Positions 8,858 to 18,200 of a stretch of 32,000 nt of DNA are shown piece after piece. The notes below the pieces were generated by a model. That model was given only the letters and a program-made list of their open reading frames with translations, was not told where the DNA came from and searched no databases. The stretch lies in assembly GCA_965247965.1 (NCBI GenBank), contig OZ252053.1:4079804-4111803 (forward strand). Reading direction: 5' to 3'. The DNA comes from Saprospiraceae bacterium. Its GTDB lineage: Bacteria > Bacteroidota > Bacteroidia > Chitinophagales > Saprospiraceae. The position numbers and the translations under genes were made by a program. Every line of letters starts with the position of its first letter. The stretch's first letter is position 1.

Positions 8858-10192
8858 ATGAGTTCGATACTTATGGGTGACAAGGAATACTTTAAAGGAA
8901 TTGGAAAAATCAGTTTTGAGGGAACAGAATCTAAAAACCCTCTGGCATTCAAATATTACAAACCCGCTAAATCGGTAATGGGAAAATCGATGTCCGATCA
9001 ACTGAGATTCGCCGTAGCCTACTGGCATTCCTTCTGCAATACGGGCCAAGATCCTTTCGGAGTAGGGCCTAAGCAGTATCCGTGGGATGTAAAATCCGAT
9101 TTCATAGACAGGGCAAAAGATAAAGTTGATGCAGCTTTTGAATTTTTTACGAAGTTAGGCGTCAATTATTTCTGCTTTCATGACGTGGATATGATTGATG
9201 AAGGAGACGCATCATTGGCAGAATACGAAAAGCGGCTGAACACTATCACCGATTATGCAAAGGAAAAAATGAACGCTTCGGGAGTGAAACTCCTTTGGGG
9301 CACAGCGAATCTTTTCAGCCATCCAAGATATATGAACGGAGCGGCAACAAATCCCGATTTTAACGCAGTAGCATACGCCGGAGCACAGGTCAAACATGCC
9401 CTGGATGCAACAATCAAGCTAGGTGGAGAAAATTACGTGTTCTGGGGCGGCCGCGAAGGCTATATGTCCTTGCTCAACACAGACATGAAAAGAGAATTGG
9501 ATCACCTCGCTCAATTTCTTCATTTGGCTAAAGACTACGCAAGAGGCCAAGGCTTCAAAGGAACATTTTTTATAGAACCCAAACCTATGGAACCCAGCAA
9601 ACATCAATACGACTTTGATGTCGCCACAGTCATTGGATTCCTAAGAGCATACGATTTAATGGACGACTTTAAACTAAATGTAGAAACCAATCATGCCACA
9701 CTGGCAAACCACACCATGGAGCACGAACTGCAAGTGGCCGCGGATAACGGTATGCTAGGCAGCATGGATGCCAATCGAGGCGATTATCAGAACGGGTGGG
9801 ATACGGATCAGTTTCCTGTAGATCTATATGAACTAACTCAAACATGTCTCATCCTGCTGGAATCAGGTGGGTTCAAAGGGGGCGGAATCAACTTTGATGC
9901 AAAGACAAGAAGAAATTCGACTGATCTGGAAGATCTATTTATTGCACATATCGGGGGAATGGACACATTCGCGAGAGCGCTTTTGATTGCAGAAAAGATA
10001 TTGATGGATTCGGATTTCAGAGACTTACGTCGAAAGCGTTATGAAACTTTTGATGGCGGGGATGGAAAGCAATTCGAGTCGGGCAATTTATCTCTGCAAG
10101 CTTTGAGCAAAATAGCACACACCAATGGCGAACCGAAAATGATCAGCGGCAAGCAGGAGCGATTCGAATACTTGATTAACCAATACATTTAA
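8858..10192 (+). CDS. xylA: xylose isomerase
   Basis: 444 aa. [26 protein letters not shown]..., [13 protein letters not shown] and [10 protein letters not shown] are classic XylA signatures. The true start may be the second ATG at 8873 (MGDKEYF). Confidence 0.95.
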   Translation: MSSILMGDKEYFKGIGKISFEGTESKNPLAFKYYKPAKSVMGKSMSDQLRFAVAYWHSFCNTGQDPFGVGPKQYPWDVKSDFIDRAKDKVDAAFEFFTKLGVNYFCFHDVDMIDEGDASLAEYEKRLNTITDYAKEKMNASGVKLLWGTANLFSHPRYMNGAATNPDFNAVAYAGAQVKHALDATIKLGGENYVFWGGREGYMSLLNTDMKRELDHLAQFLHLAKDYARGQGFKGTFFIEPKPMEPSKHQYDFDVATVIGFLRAYDLMDDFKLNVETNHATLANHTMEHELQVAADNGMLGSMDANRGDYQNGWDTDQFPVDLYELTQTCLILLESGGFKGGGINFDAKTRRNSTDLEDLFIAHIGGMDTFARALLIAEKILMDSDFRDLRRKRYETFDGGDGKQFESGNLSLQALSKIAHTNGEPKMISGKQERFEYLINQYI

Positions 10193-10212
10193 CATACTCT
10201 GACAAAACGAAT

Positions 10213-11898
10213 ATGACAGGGACGCTATCAAACCTCGACTACACCGTCCTGGCCTTATATTTTGGCGCTTTATTAGCTGTAGCCATATGGGTATTCCGGC
10301 AAAGAAATGAGACTTCAGAAGACTATTTTCTAGCAGGTAGGAATGCAGGCTGGTTTGTAATAGGTGCGTCCATTTTTGCTTCTAATATTGGATCCGAACA
10401 CGTAGTGGGACTTGCAGGTACAGGTGCTGAATCGGGTGTTCCAATGGCTCATTACGAACTTCATGCTTGGATTGTGCTGCTCCTGGGTTGGCTGTTCTTA
10501 CCATTTTACATGCGCTCTGGTGTATTTACGATGCCAGAGTTTTTGGAGAAGAGATTTGACAGCCGGGCGAGATGGTTTTTGAGCATATTTTCCATTTTCG
10601 GTTATGTACTGACTAAGGTATCTGTGACTATTTATGCAGGTGGTATCGTTATCGCCGTATTTGTCGGCGACCAAATGGTGAATAGTGGCATTGGCAGTTT
10701 TTTGGTGAATCTTCTCGGCATTGAAAATGCCAATCCTGAATTCTGGTTGAGTTCGCTGTTGGTTGTTGTCATTACCGGGATTTATACGATCATTGGCGGA
10801 ATGCGGGCTGTAATCTATACAGAAGCTCTTCAGACCGTGGTGTTAATTGGTGGCGCATTAATTATCACATTTATGGGCCTTGATGCAGTAGGCGGATGGT
10901 CGGAATTAAAGGCTACTGCGGGCAGCGACCACTTTAATATGTGGCGACCTATGTCCGATCCTGACTTCCCTTGGACTGGATTGCTATTCGGTGGAACTAT
11001 TGTTGGCATATGGTACTGGTGTACAGATCAATATATTGTTCAAAGGACACTCACAGCTCACAATATTCAGATCGGAAGGCGCGGTGCTATTTTCGGTGCT
11101 TATCTTAAACTGATGCCGATTTTGATCTTTTTAGTTCCTGGTATTATAGCATATGCCTTGAAGCAAAAAGGACTTTTGGAGTATGAAAAAAGCGATACTG
11201 TATTTCCCGCATTGGTGCAATATCTATTACCATCGGGGTTGAAAGGATTAGTAGCAGGTGGATTAATGGCAGCGCTTATGAGTTCTTTGGCATCCGTATT
11301 TAATTCTTCTTCCACGCTTTTTACGGTTGATATTTTCAAAAAATTATATCCTGAATCCACTGAAAGGAAATTGGTTTTTATCGGTAAAATTGCAACGGGT
11401 GTTGTAGTACTACTTGGAATAGCGTGGATTCCTGTTATGCAAAAAATAGGTGGTGGCGTTCTCTACCAATACCTTCAAAGTGTGCAGGCATACATAGCTC
11501 CGCCGATTACCGCTGTATTCCTATTTGGGATTATTTGGAAACGGGCCAATGCACGGGGAGCATTTGCAACGCTGTTATTCGGTTTGATTATCGCAATTTT
11601 GAGAATAGTCCTGGAATTAAACCTCGATCCGAATGGAAGCGGTATTGTCCACAGTTTTGCTTCGCTCAATTTTGCGCATTTTGCCATTTTCAATTTTATT
11701 GCCTGCTCAATTGTCTGCACACTGGGCAGTCTGTCAGCTCCTGCGCCATCTTTGGCGAGCATCGCAGGATTGACTTTTGGATCGCTTACGGAAGAGCAGA
11801 AGGCTTCTGCCAAGGATAGTTATACTAAGGTGGATATCGCCTTGTCTGTAGTGCTTGTGATAATGGTTATTTCTATACTGGCTTATTTTACGGGGTAG
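10213..11898 (+). CDS. sodium:solute symporter family (SGLT-like) sugar transporter, probably for xylose or glucose
   Basis: 561 aa and multi-pass. It has SSF signatures (YFLAGRN...WFVIGASIFASNIGSEH, GGMRAVIYTEALQ). It lies 20 nt downstream of xylA. Confidence 0.9.
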   Translation: MTGTLSNLDYTVLALYFGALLAVAIWVFRQRNETSEDYFLAGRNAGWFVIGASIFASNIGSEHVVGLAGTGAESGVPMAHYELHAWIVLLLGWLFLPFYMRSGVFTMPEFLEKRFDSRARWFLSIFSIFGYVLTKVSVTIYAGGIVIAVFVGDQMVNSGIGSFLVNLLGIENANPEFWLSSLLVVVITGIYTIIGGMRAVIYTEALQTVVLIGGALIITFMGLDAVGGWSELKATAGSDHFNMWRPMSDPDFPWTGLLFGGTIVGIWYWCTDQYIVQRTLTAHNIQIGRRGAIFGAYLKLMPILIFLVPGIIAYALKQKGLLEYEKSDTVFPALVQYLLPSGLKGLVAGGLMAALMSSLASVFNSSSTLFTVDIFKKLYPESTERKLVFIGKIATGVVVLLGIAWIPVMQKIGGGVLYQYLQSVQAYIAPPITAVFLFGIIWKRANARGAFATLLFGLIIAILRIVLELNLDPNGSGIVHSFASLNFAHFAIFNFIACSIVCTLGSLSAPAPSLASIAGLTFGSLTEEQKASAKDSYTKVDIALSVVLVIMVISILAYFTG

Positions 11899-11906
11899 AA
11901 GGTTCC

Positions 11907-12000
11907 AAACCTCCAAGCTTTTTCGCGATCGCATTAAACGTCTTTGACGGTCAAACGACCATTTACCATTAGGGCCATTACAACCAAAGCTTGGAGGTTT
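11907..12000. repeat. perfect 15-bp inverted repeat enclosing 64 nt, between the symporter stop and thrA
   Basis: aaacctccaagcttt (11907-11921) is the exact reverse complement of aaagcttggaggttt (11986-12000). An inner imperfect hairpin lies at about 11939-11959, and the right arm is followed by aacuuucuuu. Confidence 0.6.
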
Positions 12001-12021
12001 AACTTTCTTTCGGCCCACTTC

Positions 12022-12049
12022 TTGTATAATCCAAAGAGGTCTATTTTTG
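12022..12049 (+). promoter_or_regulatory. candidate Bacteroidota promoter for thrA (TTG ... TAnnTTTG)
   Basis: TATTTTTG at 12042-12049 lies 26 nt before the thrA ATG. A TTG at 12022-12024 sits 17 nt upstream, slightly shorter than the usual spacing. Confidence 0.35.
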
Positions 12050-12074
12050 TGACCTTTTACACGTTCGAGAATTC

Positions 12075-14528
12075 ATGAAAGTTTTAAAATTCGGAGGCAC
12101 CTCGGTCGCCAAACCGGAACATATTAAATCGATTGGCCAAATTCTGCGAAAGCGAATTTTAGACAATAAGGAAAAACTTGCTGTGATCTGCTCTGCTTTT
12201 GGAGGTGTAACAGATTTGTTAATAAAGATGGCCAGGGAAGCCAGCCTCGGCAAGTCTATTTATCAGCTGGATTTGGGCAATTTCATAACCAGACACAAGG
12301 AGGCCGTTAAAGAACTTCACATTGATAGTGCGCAAACGAAAACATACTTCGAAGATATTTTCAAGACCCTCACCAACCTGCTTCACGGCATTCTATTGGT
12401 CAGAGAAGCATCTCCTCGAACAATGGACTATGTGCTTAGCTTTGGCGAGCGGTCATCCAATTTCATTATTGCACAATACCTCCAAGCCATTGGACTGCGA
12501 GCAAAATATCTCGATGCACGCGAAATAATCAAAACGAACAAAGAATTTGGTCAGGCCATAGTGAATTTTGATAAGACCAACGCTGCAATACAGAAATACT
12601 TTAAGGATAGAGCAGAAACGAGTCAGATAATAACGGGCTTTATCGCGTCTGATATCGGAGGTCTGACAACAACCTTAGGACGTGGCGGCTCTGATTACAC
12701 TGCGTCAATAGTTGCAGCTGCCCTTGACGCTGAGGCGCTTGAAATATGGACAGACGTAGATGGCGTACTTACATCTGATCCCAAAGTCGTAAAGAAGGCC
12801 TACACCATCCCGTACCTGACCTACGACGAAGCGATGGAACTCGCCAATCTGGGCGCCAAAGTCATCTATCCTCCTACCATCCAACCGGTTCTGCTCAAAG
12901 ACATACCGATCCACATCAGGAATACTTTTAATCCAAACTTCGAAGGAACACTCATAGGTAGAGAGATTAAGGGCTTTGAAAAGAAACGGGTAACCGGCCT
13001 TACGTCCATTTCCGATGTTGTGCTAGTGACCCTAGAAGGGAGCGGAATGTACGGTGTACCGGGCACAGCTGCTCGATTTTTCACAGCCCTCGCCGGAGAG
13101 GAGATCAATATCATCATGATTACCCAGGCGTCGTCAGAGCATTCGATATGCGTGACATTAAAAGCAAATGACCTGAAGGTTGCTCTGAAGGCGATCAACA
13201 AAGAATTTCAAAGAGAACTGGACAGCGAATTCATCAAACCTCCAATAATAGAAAAAGATCTTTGCGCCCTGGCCATTGTGGGAGAACAGATGAAAAGTAT
13301 TCCCGGAGTTGCAGGAAAGTTGTTCAGTAGTCTCGGGAAAAATGGAATTAATGTGATTGCTATCGCGCAGGGTTCTTCAGAGCTAAACATATCTTTTGTA
13401 ATCAAAGATGAAGACTGGGTAAAAGCTCTGAATCTCATTCACGACAACTTTTTCCTTTCGGACAAACGGCGGCTGAATGTCTTTGCTGTTGGTACCGGCC
13501 TTATTGGAAAAACGCTCTTGAACCAGATCAAAGCTCAAAGGGCTCAACTTGCCGAAAGCAAAAATATCGACATCGCAGTAATTGGTTTGGCAAATTCCAA
13601 AAAATACCTTGTTCAAAAAGAGGGAATAGACCTGGAAAGTTGGGAAGATGTGCTTGCGAATTCTGCTGACGAAATGGATATGGAAGCCTTCAAGAATAAA
13701 ATGTTTGATTTGAATATGGCACAATCTGTTTTTGTCGATTGCACGGCAGACAAAGAGATACCGACACATTATGCCGATATATTGGCCAAAAATATTTCTA
13801 TTTCCACACCCAATAAAGTAGCCGCTTCGTCCTCTTATGCATATTTCCAAAAATTAATGAGTACCGCAGTTCAGCGCAATGTTGATTTTCTTTTCGAAAC
13901 CAATGTGGGTGCTGGTCTTCCCATGATCGAAACATTGCAAGGCATTGTCGACAGCGGCGACCGTGTGATTAGCATTAAGGCGGTCCTATCTGGATCTCTT
14001 TCTTTTATTTTTAATAATTATTCCGCCGGAAAATCATTTGGAGAAATAGTTGCTTTGGCAAGGGAAAAAGGATTTACAGAACCTGATCCGCGAGAAGATC
14101 TATCCGGTCAAGATGTAAAAAGAAAAATCCTTATACTGAGCAGAATAGCAGGATACGCAATCGAACCTGAAGAAATTTCAGTCAAAGCTCTCCTTCCTCA
14201 AAAATGTCTGGATGCAGAATCTATCGACAATTTTATGAGAGAGTTGGACGCACACGAAGACTATTTCAGAAATCTTTTGAATAAGGCAAATAGTGAGAAT
14301 GCCCGGCTCAGATATATTGCTTCTCTTGAAAATGGTCATGCTGCGATCACTTTGGAAATGGTAAAAGAAGATAATCCATTTTACAACCTGGCGAGTACGG
14401 ACAATATGGCGGTGTATTATACTGAACGCTACAAGGAGAGGCCATTAGTGATTCAGGGGCCTGGAGCGGGTGCGGAGGTTACAGCTGCGGGTGTTTTTGC
14501 TGAGTTGATAAAGTTGGCTACCAGTTAA
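12075..14528 (+). CDS. thrA: bifunctional aspartate kinase / homoserine dehydrogenase I
   Basis: 817 aa. The N-terminus MKVLKFGGTSVA is an aspartokinase signature, followed by ACT-domain repeats in the middle and a C-terminal homoserine dehydrogenase (VFAVGTGLIGKT...GPGAGAEVTAAGVFAE). Confidence 0.95.
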   Translation: MKVLKFGGTSVAKPEHIKSIGQILRKRILDNKEKLAVICSAFGGVTDLLIKMAREASLGKSIYQLDLGNFITRHKEAVKELHIDSAQTKTYFEDIFKTLTNLLHGILLVREASPRTMDYVLSFGERSSNFIIAQYLQAIGLRAKYLDAREIIKTNKEFGQAIVNFDKTNAAIQKYFKDRAETSQIITGFIASDIGGLTTTLGRGGSDYTASIVAAALDAEALEIWTDVDGVLTSDPKVVKKAYTIPYLTYDEAMELANLGAKVIYPPTIQPVLLKDIPIHIRNTFNPNFEGTLIGREIKGFEKKRVTGLTSISDVVLVTLEGSGMYGVPGTAARFFTALAGEEINIIMITQASSEHSICVTLKANDLKVALKAINKEFQRELDSEFIKPPIIEKDLCALAIVGEQMKSIPGVAGKLFSSLGKNGINVIAIAQGSSELNISFVIKDEDWVKALNLIHDNFFLSDKRRLNVFAVGTGLIGKTLLNQIKAQRAQLAESKNIDIAVIGLANSKKYLVQKEGIDLESWEDVLANSADEMDMEAFKNKMFDLNMAQSVFVDCTADKEIPTHYADILAKNISISTPNKVAASSSYAYFQKLMSTAVQRNVDFLFETNVGAGLPMIETLQGIVDSGDRVISIKAVLSGSLSFIFNNYSAGKSFGEIVALAREKGFTEPDPREDLSGQDVKRKILILSRIAGYAIEPEEISVKALLPQKCLDAESIDNFMRELDAHEDYFRNLLNKANSENARLRYIASLENGHAAITLEMVKEDNPFYNLASTDNMAVYYTERYKERPLVIQGPGAGAEVTAAGVFAELIKLATS

Positions 14529-14532
14529 CAAC

Positions 14533-14625
14533 GTGGGAGGAAACAAATACAGAATGATCTGTGGATACCACATTGGCGAGAAACGTTCACTTTTGTTTGT
14601 AAAATTTATTGGAACTCATGAAGTT
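14533..14625 (+). pseudogene. higB: HigB-family toxin remnant (C-terminal ~30 codons only)
   Basis: GGNKYRMICGYHIGEKRSLLFVKFIGTHEV aligns by eye with the C-terminal part of HigB toxins (E. coli HigB ...VGGNELRVVAMVFFESQKCYIREVMTHKEYD). The first ~60 codons are missing because thrA stops at 14528, and similarity ends at THE|V. Confidence 0.6.
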
Positions 14626-14845
14626 AGAATATCTAATGAAAGAATCGGGCAAGACCAATGCTCAATTGGCGAGGGAGTTAAATACTTCAAGACAGCTTAT
14701 AACGGAAATTTTACGCTATAGACGCGGTATCAGTAGGAATATGGTAATGAAACTCTCAGAGCACTTCAAAATGATGCCAATGGCTTTTAGTAGAAATTAT
14801 GAGCTAAGAATACACAAAAAACAAAATTCAAAAGTACCTGCCTAG
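14618..14845 (+). CDS. higA: HigA-family antitoxin remnant: the HTH (XRE-like) domain only
   Basis: LEYLMKESGKTNAQLARELNTSRQLITEILRYRRGISRNMVMKLSEHFKMMPMAF matches the C-terminal HTH half of HigA (E. coli ...IRTLMDQYGLTLSDLPEIGSKSMVSRVLSGKRKLTLEHAKKLATRFGISPALF). The ~80-aa N-terminal half is absent. The ATG at 14618 is in frame with the track's TTG at 14609. Confidence 0.6.
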   Translation: MKLEYLMKESGKTNAQLARELNTSRQLITEILRYRRGISRNMVMKLSEHFKMMPMAFSRNYELRIHKKQNSKVPA

Positions 14846-14913
14846 CCGAAAATCAAACCCATCAAGGTATTTTTACCATCCAAGTAGCCAGATTAAAACT
14901 AAATATATAGCAC

Positions 14914-17900
14914 ATGGAACGAATTTCACTAAATCACCTCACAACTCTTCTGATTATTGTCTCACTATTCTCGCTCTGGAATTGTACTCCGACAGATTCT
15001 ATTAATCTTCCCGTCAAAAAAGATGACCACATCATCCTTGTCGGTAACAACCTCTGCTCTCGAATGATGAACTATAGTCATTTCGAAACCGAAGTGCATC
15101 TCCGTTTTCCTGACGAAAAACTCTTCATTCGCAATATGTGTGATGGTGGAAATACACCCGGTTTCCGTCAACATGCAGGCCGTTTCTCGCCATGGGCATT
15201 CCCGGGAGCCCAACAATACCAAGATCAATTGGCAAAAAACTCAGATAGCCAGGGTCATTTCCCTTCGCCTGATCAGTGGCTTACGAATCTGAAAGCGGAT
15301 ATCATCCTCGCCTTTTTCGGATACAACGAATCCTTTCAAGGTGAAGCCGGTTTGGACAATTTCAAATCTGAACTAGACGGTTTTGTGAAACACACTTTGA
15401 GCCAGCAATACAATGGAGGTTCGGCACCACAACTTGTGCTGGTTTCCCCAACAGCCTTTGAAGATTTATCCGATAAATTCGATCTGCCTGATGGTATGAC
15501 TCAAAATGCTAATCTCCTTTTATACACCAATGCTATTGAGGAAGTGGCTGACAGCAATGATGTCGCTTTTGTCAATTTTTTTCAACCAACTCAGAAATGG
15601 TTTTCTCAAACGAATCAAATGACCATTGACGGTTCACAAATGACAGACGAAGCTTACGCCAAATCAGGAAAATTGCTCGCTACGAAGCTCTTTGGAAAAC
15701 CCAAAACCGGCACGGCGCATTACAAATCTTTGATCCACAAAATGGTCAAAGAGAAAAACTGGTTTTGGCACAATGATTTTAAAATTCCGAATGGAGTACA
15801 TGTTTTTGGCCGCCGTTACAATCCTTTTGGCCCTGATAACTATCCCGCAGAATTTAAGAAGCTCAGGGAAATGACAGCCATAAGAGATTCGGCACTATGG
15901 ATGGCCGCGAAAGGAATCGAAATTGATTTGGAAAAAGCGGATAGCAAAACCAGTGAAATACCGCTTGTCGAATCAAATTTCAAACCGGACGATTACGGCC
16001 GCGGAAGCGGTGAATATCTGTATGGTGATGATGCATTAAATACGATGCACGTGGCCGAAGGTTATAAAATCGAATTATTCGCCTCTGAAAAGGAATTTCC
16101 CGATCTAGCTAATCCTGTACAACTTTCATTTGATAACAAAGGAAGACTTTGGGTATCCACCATGCCGACCTACCCACACTGGAAACCGGGTGACCCAAAA
16201 CCAAATGATAAATTGATCATTTTAGAAGACACCGACAACGACGGCAAAGCGGATAAGCAGACTACCTTTGCCGATGGACTGCATCTTCCCGTTGGTTTCG
16301 AATTTGCTCCGGAAGGAGTCTATGTTTCTCAGGGAACCAACCTTAAACTTTTCAGCGATACGGATAACGACGACAGGGCGGATCGCGAAGAGATCATTAT
16401 GAGCGGCTTTGACGACCACGACACTCATCACAATGCAAGTGCATTTTGTGCCGACCCTTCAGGTGCGATTTATATGGCCGAAGGCGTGTTTTTGCATACA
16501 AGTGTCGAAACATCCTACGGGCCGGTGAGGGCATCTAATGGCGGATTTTACAGATTCGATCCGAATCGAAGAATCCTGGAACGTACCGCTCAACTGTCTA
16601 TTCCCAATCCGTGGGGCATTGCATTTGACGAATGGGGACAAAACTTTTTTGCCGAAACATCGGGCCCTGCCGTGCGATGGATGATGCCGACAACAGTTAA
16701 ACCCAGATATGGAGTACCTACACATAAATCTTACGACCTGATCGAAGACGAGCACAAAGTACGGCCCACGTCAGGGTTGGAATTTATCTCCAGCAGGCAC
16801 TTTCCGGATGAGGTACAAGGCGATCTCTTGATTAACAATACGATCGGATTTTTAGGTACAAAACAGCACAAACTAACAGATGACACGACAGGATATGTAT
16901 GCAGATTTCAGCAAGACCTCGTGCGGAGTGACGATGGAAATTTCCGTCCTGTGGATCTCGAATTTGCGCCTGATGGTTCGCTTTATATCGTGGATTGGCA
17001 CAATGTATTGGTAGGACATATGCAGCACAATGTGCGCGATCCGTATAGAGACCATATGCATGGTCGAATCTATCGAATTACCTATCCATCGCGGCCCCTT
17101 GTAACTCCTGCGAAAGTTTACAGGGCTAGTATAAATGAATTGTTAGATAATTTGAAACTACCCGAATACCGCAGTCGATATCGCAGCCGAAGAGAATTAA
17201 GGGGACGGGATGCAGATGAAGTTTTATCGCATTTGCAAGGCTGGATAATAAATTTGAACATCGAAGATTCTAAATATGAGCATCATTTATTGGAAGCATT
17301 GTGGGTGACTCAAGGATTGAATAAAATTGATGAAGGCCTCCTCAAAAAACTATTGAAAGCCAAAGACTTTAGAGCAAGAGCTGCAGCCGTAAGAGTATTG
17401 CGATATACAGGTCATCAAGTCAATGATCAAACGGATTTACTCGTGGAGGCCGCCGAAGATGAGCACAACCGGGTACGCCTGGAAGCAATAATTGCTGCAT
17501 CATGGCTGGAAAATCATGATGGACTCAAAGTAGTTGAAAGAGCCGCTAAACATCCTTTAGATCGATGGATGATCTACGCGCATCACACTTCAGAAGCCCA
17601 TCTCAACGAGCGCGAAGCCCCTCAAGCTCCTGTGCACTTTCGTAAATCGCGCCTAAGAGGTGAGGATAGAGTTCAATTCTTCAAGGGAATGGAAATCTAC
17701 GAGCGGGACGGTTATTGTGCTACGTGTCACCAATTGCACGGGCAGGGTTTGCCCGCCGTAGGGTATCCGCCAATAGTAGGCACGGATTGGGCGGTTGGCG
17801 ACGAAGAAAGGCTCATCAAATTAGTGCTAAAAGGCATGCACGGCCCGATGGAACTTGCTGGCAAAAATTATCCCGGCGCTACAGCAATGACCCCTTATGA

Positions 17901-18081
17901 AGGTTTGCTGGATGACGAAGGAATCGCTGCTGTACTGACATTCGTGCGCAATACCTTCGGGAATGAGGCATCTGTGATCTCGCCTGAAAAGGTGAAGCAA
18001 GTAAGGGAAAAGGTGAAGGGCAAGAAAGGATTTTATACGGCTGCAGAATTGTTGCAAGAGCATCCGCTTGGGGGAGGTTGA
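14914..18081 (+). CDS. PVC-type heme-binding CxxCH lipoprotein: SGNH-like domain, membrane-bound-dehydrogenase-like beta-propeller, HEAT repeats and cytochrome c domain
   Basis: 1055 aa with a lipoprotein signal (LFSLWNC). The N-terminal ~250 aa has an SGNH-like layout. GYKIELFASEKEFPDLANPVQLSFDNKGRLWVS...LEDTDNDGKADK...DTDNDDRAD matches the Planctomycete/Verrucomicrobial putative dehydrogenase domain. HEAT-like repeats (RARAAAVRVL, NRVRLEAIIA) follow. The C-terminal cytochrome c domain carries CATCH. Confidence 0.85.
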   Translation: MERISLNHLTTLLIIVSLFSLWNCTPTDSINLPVKKDDHIILVGNNLCSRMMNYSHFETEVHLRFPDEKLFIRNMCDGGNTPGFRQHAGRFSPWAFPGAQQYQDQLAKNSDSQGHFPSPDQWLTNLKADIILAFFGYNESFQGEAGLDNFKSELDGFVKHTLSQQYNGGSAPQLVLVSPTAFEDLSDKFDLPDGMTQNANLLLYTNAIEEVADSNDVAFVNFFQPTQKWFSQTNQMTIDGSQMTDEAYAKSGKLLATKLFGKPKTGTAHYKSLIHKMVKEKNWFWHNDFKIPNGVHVFGRRYNPFGPDNYPAEFKKLREMTAIRDSALWMAAKGIEIDLEKADSKTSEIPLVESNFKPDDYGRGSGEYLYGDDALNTMHVAEGYKIELFASEKEFPDLANPVQLSFDNKGRLWVSTMPTYPHWKPGDPKPNDKLIILEDTDNDGKADKQTTFADGLHLPVGFEFAPEGVYVSQGTNLKLFSDTDNDDRADREEIIMSGFDDHDTHHNASAFCADPSGAIYMAEGVFLHTSVETSYGPVRASNGGFYRFDPNRRILERTAQLSIPNPWGIAFDEWGQNFFAETSGPAVRWMMPTTVKPRYGVPTHKSYDLIEDEHKVRPTSGLEFISSRHFPDEVQGDLLINNTIGFLGTKQHKLTDDTTGYVCRFQQDLVRSDDGNFRPVDLEFAPDGSLYIVDWHNVLVGHMQHNVRDPYRDHMHGRIYRITYPSRPLVTPAKVYRASINELLDNLKLPEYRSRYRSRRELRGRDADEVLSHLQGWIINLNIEDSKYEHHLLEALWVTQGLNKIDEGLLKKLLKAKDFRARAAAVRVLRYTGHQVNDQTDLLVEAAEDEHNRVRLEAIIAASWLENHDGLKVVERAAKHPLDRWMIYAHHTSEAHLNEREAPQAPVHFRKSRLRGEDRVQFFKGMEIYERDGYCATCHQLHGQGLPAVGYPPIVGTDWAVGDEERLIKLVLKGMHGPMELAGKNYPGATAMTPYEGLLDDEGIAAVLTFVRNTFGNEASVISPEKVKQVREKVKGKKGFYTAAELLQEHPLGGG

Positions 18082-18200
18082 GCGTAATGTTGTAACGGCC
18101 GGCAAAATTTATATGGCCGATAGTAAATCTCACAAGCACGTTGCAAAGCGTAAAGTTGCCAATCGAAAGCCGCCATAATAAAGCTGAATATCTCAGACAA

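Noticed and set aside
11734-12018. 94-aa minus-strand ORF spanning the symporter 3' end and the inverted repeat
   Set aside because: It overlaps the well-supported SSF transporter CDS, is arginine- and lysine-rich, and has no start context. It is probably spurious.
18082-18200. Convergent spacer between the heme lipoprotein and gldD, checked for a bidirectional terminator; also the ORF at 18141-18338
   Set aside because: Only a weak 5-bp CGGCC/GGCCG stem with a 14-nt loop was found. The 65-aa ORF mostly overlaps the gldD 3' end antisense and looks spurious.
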